Virus record (IMG/VR): IMGVR_UViG_2690316311_000003
Source: a virus
Taxonomy: Duplodnaviria; Heunggongvirae; Uroviricota; Caudoviricetes
Length of the DNA stretch: 21,839 bases
Direction: 5' to 3' (one strand)
Shown: positions 17,981 through 21,839 of the stretch, one piece after another
Position numbering within the stretch: the first letter of the stretch is position 1
How the letters are laid out: each line of letters begins with the position of its first letter
The notes under the pieces: model-generated
What the model was told of the DNA's origin: nothing
Database searches by the model: none
What the model saw: the letters and a program-made list of their open reading frames with translations, nothing else
Position numbers and translations under genes: made by a program

Positions 17981-18004
17981 GCCCGGTTCGCCGGGCATTT
18001 TTTT
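17981..18004 (+). terminator. Second terminator- or attenuator-like hairpin directly upstream of the gp49-like gene
   Basis: GCCCGG-TTCG-CCGGGC followed by A + TTTTTTT, ending 1 nt before the SD AAGGTG of the gene at 18016. Confidence 0.6.
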
Positions 18005-18015
18005 AAGGTGAGATT

Positions 18016-18387
18016 ATGAACGACCAGCAAATCGAAAAAGAAATCGTTGAGAAAGGCAAAACGGCACCGCGCGTTACGCCAGACCATATCGAAGGCATTA
18101 TTGCTCAGGAGGCATATTTCACAGCAGAAGATGGTGCCTTTGGCAAAGCCATAAAAGCGAAACATACTGGCGGAGAGGTAAACTACCAGCCGCACGAATC
18201 ACTTTCTCTGCTGACGTTCTGCGTCCTGGTGCTGCGCAACGGCTTCACCGTCACCGGAGAGAGTTCCTGTGCAAGTCCGGAAAATTTTGATGCAGAAATT
18301 GGTCGGAAGATTGCCCGGCAGAATGCTGTAAACAAAATCTGGATGCTCGAAGGTTACTTGCTGAAGCAGAAGTTAAGCGAGCAATAA
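18016..18387 (+). CDS. Hypothetical protein (123 aa), resembles the N4 gp49 / Sf6 gp66 family
   Basis: ATG with SD AAGGTGAG; motif LTFCVLVLRNGFTVTGESSCASPENFDAEIGRKIARQNAVNKIW recalled as characteristic of this family; antisense to the structural operon. Confidence 0.75.
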   Translation: MNDQQIEKEIVEKGKTAPRVTPDHIEGIIAQEAYFTAEDGAFGKAIKAKHTGGEVNYQPHESLSLLTFCVLVLRNGFTVTGESSCASPENFDAEIGRKIARQNAVNKIWMLEGYLLKQKLSEQ

Positions 18388-18407
18388 CACCGTGGCATGT
18401 CACAAAC

Positions 18408-18435
18408 AGCCAGCCTATGAGCTGGCTTTGTTTTA
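18408..18435 (+). terminator. Rho-independent terminator shared by the convergent gp49-like and large terminase genes
   Basis: AGCCAGC-CTATGA-GCTGGCT followed by TTTGTTTTA. Confidence 0.75.
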
Positions 18436-18477
18436 TCCTCACCAGAGGATATCAACGACATTATCCCCACCAGCGGA

Positions 18478-19953
18478 TTAAGCATAAGGGTCATAATCCG
18501 TTATGGCCCTTCCCTGCTGGCTTTGCTGTCCTGGTATATTTATGCGTTTCGAGACCGGGAAAGCAAACGTCAGCAGTAGCGCATCGCCTTTACCAGGAGA
18601 ACGCCCAAGACGCTCTTTGATATCTTCCTTCGGTTCGATAACGATTTTACCGTCCACACGAACTTTGTACTCTGCCGCCGACAGGTCGTCTGCAGTTTCT
18701 TGGTCATCCAGCATGCCGCCCAGCCTCAGCCATGTCTTACATGAGTTGAACATCTCCCCACGCTTGTTAAGCATCTGCGGGTCAGTGGACGCACCGCCGA
18801 ACGGAACAAGTTGCCATGTACGTCCCCAGCCATCACCGATTGACTTCAAACCGGTTCCATAACCGAAGTCGATGAACACCGCGTCAGCCTGATACTGGTC
18901 TTCAAAGTCAGCGATACGCTTCGCCATAATCAGATCGTCGGTGGTCTTGTTACCAGTCCATAGCACCTTACTGTGCAGCCCCTGCCGCAGGTATATCACA
19001 GCGTCATCAACGCCGGAGTATGCCGGGTCAACGCCGATTATCACCGGAGCATGTGCAACCTGCGCAGCGGTTACCACCCGTTTCATTGCCTCGTCAGTAA
19101 GGCCGGTAGGGATAAACTGCAATTCAGATGCATCCGGGAATATGCCGCGCACACGGATTTTAACGAAGTCGCTGTCTTCCCCGTAGTCATCAACCCATTT
19201 CTGCAACTGCTGTTTGTTAGTGCCTTCCACCGTCCGGCTGTCAATCTGCGCAGTTTTCCAGCGGTGTTTATATTTGCGGAAACATTCGCGGAAACGCCCG
19301 GTGTTACGTGTAGGGTTTCCGAATGCCACCCAGATAATCTCAGTGTCTTCGTCCGTCAGCGCACCCTCTGCTACCTCCCACACCAGATCGGCAATGTTGG
19401 ATGCTTCGTCGAATACCACGATGATGCGTTTGCGCTCGTTGTGTAGTCCGGCGAATGCCTCAGTGTTGTGCTCAGACCAGGGGATTGCGTCAGCTCGCCA
19501 CCGCTTGTCGTGCCCAGGGTCATTGCTGTACATCGCGGTAGCGGTACAGGTAAACCAGTCTTTCGTGATAGCAAGGTTCGACCACTTGATAATTTCCGGC
19601 CAAGTCTTCGTTCGTAGCTGGTTGTCGGTGTTGGCGGTCACCACGACCTTACAATCCTCGCAAGTGGACATGCCCCAGTTGATCAGCATTGAGATGAATG
19701 CGGATTTACCAATACCGTGACCAGAAGCACGTGCCAGCATAAGCGGCTGATATCGCGTCTCTGGATTCTGCAGGTGATCACGTATCTCTCGGAACGCATC
19801 GGCCTGCCACTGACGTGGACCGGTGGCATGTGCCAGTTCAGTACCCTCTTCCCCCCACGGGAACGCATAGAGGGCATAGCCAAGCGGATCGTGAGTGAAC
19901 CCTGCAATATCCTCGATTAACTGCTCTTCAGGAGATAACGCTGTATCTGTCAC
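18478..19953 (-). CDS. terL: Terminase large subunit (491 aa)
   Basis: P-loop-like SGHGIGKS and Walker B-like IIVVFDEAS; GTG start overlapping the terS stop (GTGA), the only start that retains the ATPase N-terminus. Confidence 0.9.
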   Translation of the reverse strand: MTDTALSPEEQLIEDIAGFTHDPLGYALYAFPWGEEGTELAHATGPRQWQADAFREIRDHLQNPETRYQPLMLARASGHGIGKSAFISMLINWGMSTCEDCKVVVTANTDNQLRTKTWPEIIKWSNLAITKDWFTCTATAMYSNDPGHDKRWRADAIPWSEHNTEAFAGLHNERKRIIVVFDEASNIADLVWEVAEGALTDEDTEIIWVAFGNPTRNTGRFRECFRKYKHRWKTAQIDSRTVEGTNKQQLQKWVDDYGEDSDFVKIRVRGIFPDASELQFIPTGLTDEAMKRVVTAAQVAHAPVIIGVDPAYSGVDDAVIYLRQGLHSKVLWTGNKTTDDLIMAKRIADFEDQYQADAVFIDFGYGTGLKSIGDGWGRTWQLVPFGGASTDPQMLNKRGEMFNSCKTWLRLGGMLDDQETADDLSAAEYKVRVDGKIVIEPKEDIKERLGRSPGKGDALLLTFAFPVSKRINIPGQQSQQGRAITDYDPYA

Positions 19954-20546
19954 TGATTGCCATCCTGACGTTCTTTCAGTCTCTTCCTGGCTGCCGCTAT
20001 GCGATCAGCAATTGTCACATTCACATTAACATCCAGGCGTTCTTTGAATGCGTTGACGTCGACGTGCTTACCAATCAGTTCGAGGTTCTTCACCTTGTCA
20101 GGCCATTTAATTTTTTTGAGGATTGTCTCTATCGAATCCTCGTTCATGTTCATGATGGTCGATGACAGATCAAAGCCACTAAGCGTAGTGCGCCAGATTT
20201 TCGGCCACTCACGGATTGGTTTAAGGCTCCCATCGTCGTTGAGGATATCGATCACGTCCATCTGGTCGATCTCCACCAGGCGCATGAGAACGTAATCAGC
20301 ACTGACGCGCATTCGTTTGTTGCGCTCCTCCATCAACTCGGCAATCCGTTTTTGAATGCGTTCATCGCGCATCATGACACTGGCTTTAACTGCCGCTGTA
20401 TTTGGGGAGAATCCTGCGTTAATCGCTGCCTGAGTCTGGTTTTCAGGCGTTTTGATGTATGACTGGCAATAAGCCTCCTGCATTGCTGTTAGTGGCTTAA
20501 ATTGCGTTGATTTGCGTTTATAGGTTTTAGGTTCAGCAGGAATCAT
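19950..20546 (-). CDS. terS: Terminase small subunit (198 aa from ATG 20546; exact start uncertain)
   Basis: Motif LTAMQEAYCQSYIKTPENQTQAAINAGFSPNTAAVKAS matches the Terminase_2-type small-subunit HTH region. The ORF-track TTG start at 20624 lies upstream of an intrinsic terminator and its N-terminal 26 aa look non-coding. Confidence 0.8.
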   Translation of the reverse strand: MIPAEPKTYKRKSTQFKPLTAMQEAYCQSYIKTPENQTQAAINAGFSPNTAAVKASVMMRDERIQKRIAELMEERNKRMRVSADYVLMRLVEIDQMDVIDILNDDGSLKPIREWPKIWRTTLSGFDLSSTIMNMNEDSIETILKKIKWPDKVKNLELIGKHVDVNAFKERLDVNVNVTIADRIAAARKRLKERQDGNQ

Positions 20547-20552
20547 AACCAC

Positions 20553-20585
20553 CGTGGTAATAGTTACCGTTGTGGTAATAGTACC
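20553..20585. repeat. Tandem direct repeat, two copies of about 16 bp containing GTGGTAATAGT, period 18 bp
   Basis: Core at 20554-20564 and 20572-20582, between the upstream terminator and the terS start codon. Confidence 0.5.
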
Positions 20586-20588
20586 ATG

Positions 20589-20615
20589 CAAAATAAAGCC
20601 GCCATAGTTGGCGGC
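20589..20615 (-). terminator. Rho-independent terminator immediately upstream of terS
   Basis: GCCGCCA-4 nt-TGGCGGC (20598-20615); on the minus strand followed by TTTATTTTG. Confidence 0.75.
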
Positions 20616-20656
20616 AGTATTCAAAACACATCAAATTCATCATGCATAATCCACTC

Positions 20657-20668
20657 GTGACATGTCAC
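20657..20668. repeat. Perfect 12-bp palindrome GTGACATGTCAC (copy 2), overlapping the stop codon of the 112-aa gene
   Basis: Identical to 1166-1177; sits 42 nt upstream of the terminator at 20589-20615. Confidence 0.6.
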
Positions 20669-21003
20669 ACTATTAATTTCGTTTCATGCCAGCCTTTAGT
20701 CACCCAGCATTGCGAGTCACCATTGCACGGGCATGAATTAACTGGAACTCTCTCGCCGCACTTACCGCAACGTTTTCTGCTGATCGATTTTATACGCCCG
20801 CGCACGCGTGCATCATCCTGGCGGATCAGTAACGCTATATACTCACCAAATTCGTAAGGCGCACGCCCGGGGCGACGCGTGGCACAGTTACGCTCCAGCA
20901 TTTCAATTTCCTGAGCATCAAGCACAATTTCCAGCTTACGCACACCAGATGCAGCTTGTCTGGCTCTCTGAGCGGCTTTGCGCTCTGCTGCTGATTTAGC
21001 CAT
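20665..21003 (-). CDS. Small basic protein with C-terminal Cys-rich zinc-ribbon-like motif (112 aa), putative DNA-binding regulator
   Basis: ATG at 21003 with SD AAGGT 8 nt upstream (ORF-track TTG at 21006); C-terminal CGKCG…CPCNGDSQC; Arg/Lys-rich N-terminus. Confidence 0.7.
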   Translation of the reverse strand: MAKSAAERKAAQRARQAASGVRKLEIVLDAQEIEMLERNCATRRPGRAPYEFGEYIALLIRQDDARVRGRIKSISRKRCGKCGERVPVNSCPCNGDSQCWVTKGWHETKLIV

Positions 21004-21277
21004 CAATATTTACCTTTATCGCGAACACCTTTACCGGTTTATCACCGAAGTGGGGATGTGTGATTGTCTTGATTTCATATCCGTCATACGGGACGTTAAT
21101 TCTGCGGCTGGAGTCGTCGCGCTTCGGATATCCCTTTGTGATAATCAGACGGTCATACTTACGGTTAACGAGGCGCTTTTTCCAGTAGTCATTACACAGG
21201 CGATACTCTTCCGTTTTCTCTCCGCGAATCATGGCATCGAAGTATTCACCTTTGACGGCAAGTTGCAGGTTAGCCAT
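20996..21277 (-). CDS. ASCH / DUF3850-like (PUA-fold) small protein, 93 aa
   Basis: N-terminal LAVKGEYFDAMIRGEKTEEYR resembles the ASCH-like pattern K-x-x-YF-x-A-x-x-x-G-x-KT-x-E-x-R; SD AGGAGG 6 nt upstream. Confidence 0.7.
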   Translation of the reverse strand: MANLQLAVKGEYFDAMIRGEKTEEYRLCNDYWKKRLVNRKYDRLIITKGYPKRDDSSRRINVPYDGYEIKTITHPHFGDKPVKVFAIKVNIDG

Positions 21278-21794
21278 GGTTAACCTCCTGCGGCGGTTCT
21301 GGTAGAGGCATCCAGTGAGTTACGTCATCCAAGATATTTCCTGATAAATACGTGAAAGCTCTATATTTTTTGTAATCAATTGGATTTACAACCCAGTTCC
21401 AATATGCGGCCACGATTTCACCTTGACTAAATGCCAGTAACATTTTGGTGTCTTCCGGCATTCGATCACTACAGCTTATCCAACCACCCGGAGTTACCGG
21501 AGAATTGCCATTTACCAAGTCAGCTCGAACATATAGCGTGTCATCATGGTGCTGATTGTGGCTGCACCACGTTAATTCGCTTAACTCGCCATCTTCTGGC
21601 CATACTCCAGCTGTTTGCAGCCAGATATGGGCTGGCGCATCCTGGCAAGGTGTATTAACTGGCAACTTGTAAGTTTGGCTTACAGGTTGGATACCCTGAA
21701 GCATGGCAGCGTGGCAGGCATTCCAGCCAGTAGCGTAATATTTCGCATCCTGCCAGCTCGTTTGTACATTTGAGTACGCTTTTTCCTCTGTCAT
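21270..21794 (-). CDS. DUF551-domain phage protein (at least 174 aa; may extend beyond the right edge)
   Basis: C-terminal WISCSDRMPEDTK…VTHWMPLPEPP is the DUF551 signature. The frame stays open from the ATG at 21794 to the window end, and the SD before that ATG is weak. Confidence 0.7.
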   Translation of the reverse strand: MTEEKAYSNVQTSWQDAKYYATGWNACHAAMLQGIQPVSQTYKLPVNTPCQDAPAHIWLQTAGVWPEDGELSELTWCSHNQHHDDTLYVRADLVNGNSPVTPGGWISCSDRMPEDTKMLLAFSQGEIVAAYWNWVVNPIDYKKYRAFTYLSGNILDDVTHWMPLPEPPQEVNHG

Positions 21795-21839
21795 GGCCTC
21801 TGGTATTGATGCCGGTGCAATTCGTGGCAGGCCGATATA

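Larger units (their letters stand above)
148..21839. mobile_element. Prophage late region (packaging, head, tail tube, ejection proteins) plus accessory islands; partial, neither prophage boundary identified
   Basis: Contiguous run of phage-like genes in canonical order, tight translational coupling on the minus strand, phage-type tRNA, no housekeeping genes. Confidence 0.8.

Noticed and set aside
17440-17998. Minus-strand ORFs of 87 and 83 aa (17440-17703 and 17747-17998)
   Set aside because: The second overlaps the tRNA gene and its terminator, and both are Arg/His/Cys-rich; they are more likely non-coding structured DNA.
20546-20624. TTG-initiated N-terminal extension of the small terminase (MNTAANYGGFILHGTITTTVTITTVV…)
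   Set aside because: The extension would span an intrinsic terminator and the tandem repeats, and its translation is low-complexity; other GTG/TTG track starts at 8202, 9139, 12215, 12541, 12930, 15123 and 21006 were likewise replaced by nearby ATGs with SD support.
1-21839. CRISPR arrays, insertion sequences or transposase genes, integrase or attachment site, toxin genes of known families
   Set aside because: No regularly spaced repeat-spacer arrays, no terminal inverted repeats flanking a transposase-like ORF, and no recombinase-like ORF were seen; the prophage boundaries are therefore not identifiable within this window.

Overview
The window is almost entirely the late (packaging and morphogenesis) region of a temperate, podovirus-like enterobacterial prophage, read by hand without any database search. 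About 20 kb of tightly packed, translationally coupled minus-strand genes run from the right edge leftwards: DUF551-like, ASCH-like and zinc-ribbon small proteins, a terminator, small and large terminase, portal, Bbp19-like protein, scaffold, major capsid, three small head-associated proteins, T7 gp11/gp12-like tail tubular proteins A and B, and five internal virion (ejection) proteins. No tail fibre or tailspike gene is present. Two plus-strand accessory islands interrupt or flank this module. The left island (about 148-1142) carries an AT-rich 210-aa gene of unknown function with its own promoter and terminator, plus a small Sec-signal peptide gene; a hand-found 46-aa membrane ORF sits at the end of the ejection-protein operon. 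The middle island (about 17741-18435) carries a canonical tRNA-Arg(UCU) and an N4 gp49-like gene flanked by three intrinsic terminators. A 12-bp palindromic motif GTGNCATGTCAC recurs four times, three of them between a stop codon and a terminator hairpin. Many ORF-track starts are GTG/TTG artefacts and were moved to downstream ATGs with Shine-Dalgarno support. Family names come from recalled motifs and gene order, so they are hypotheses to confirm by HHpred/BLAST.
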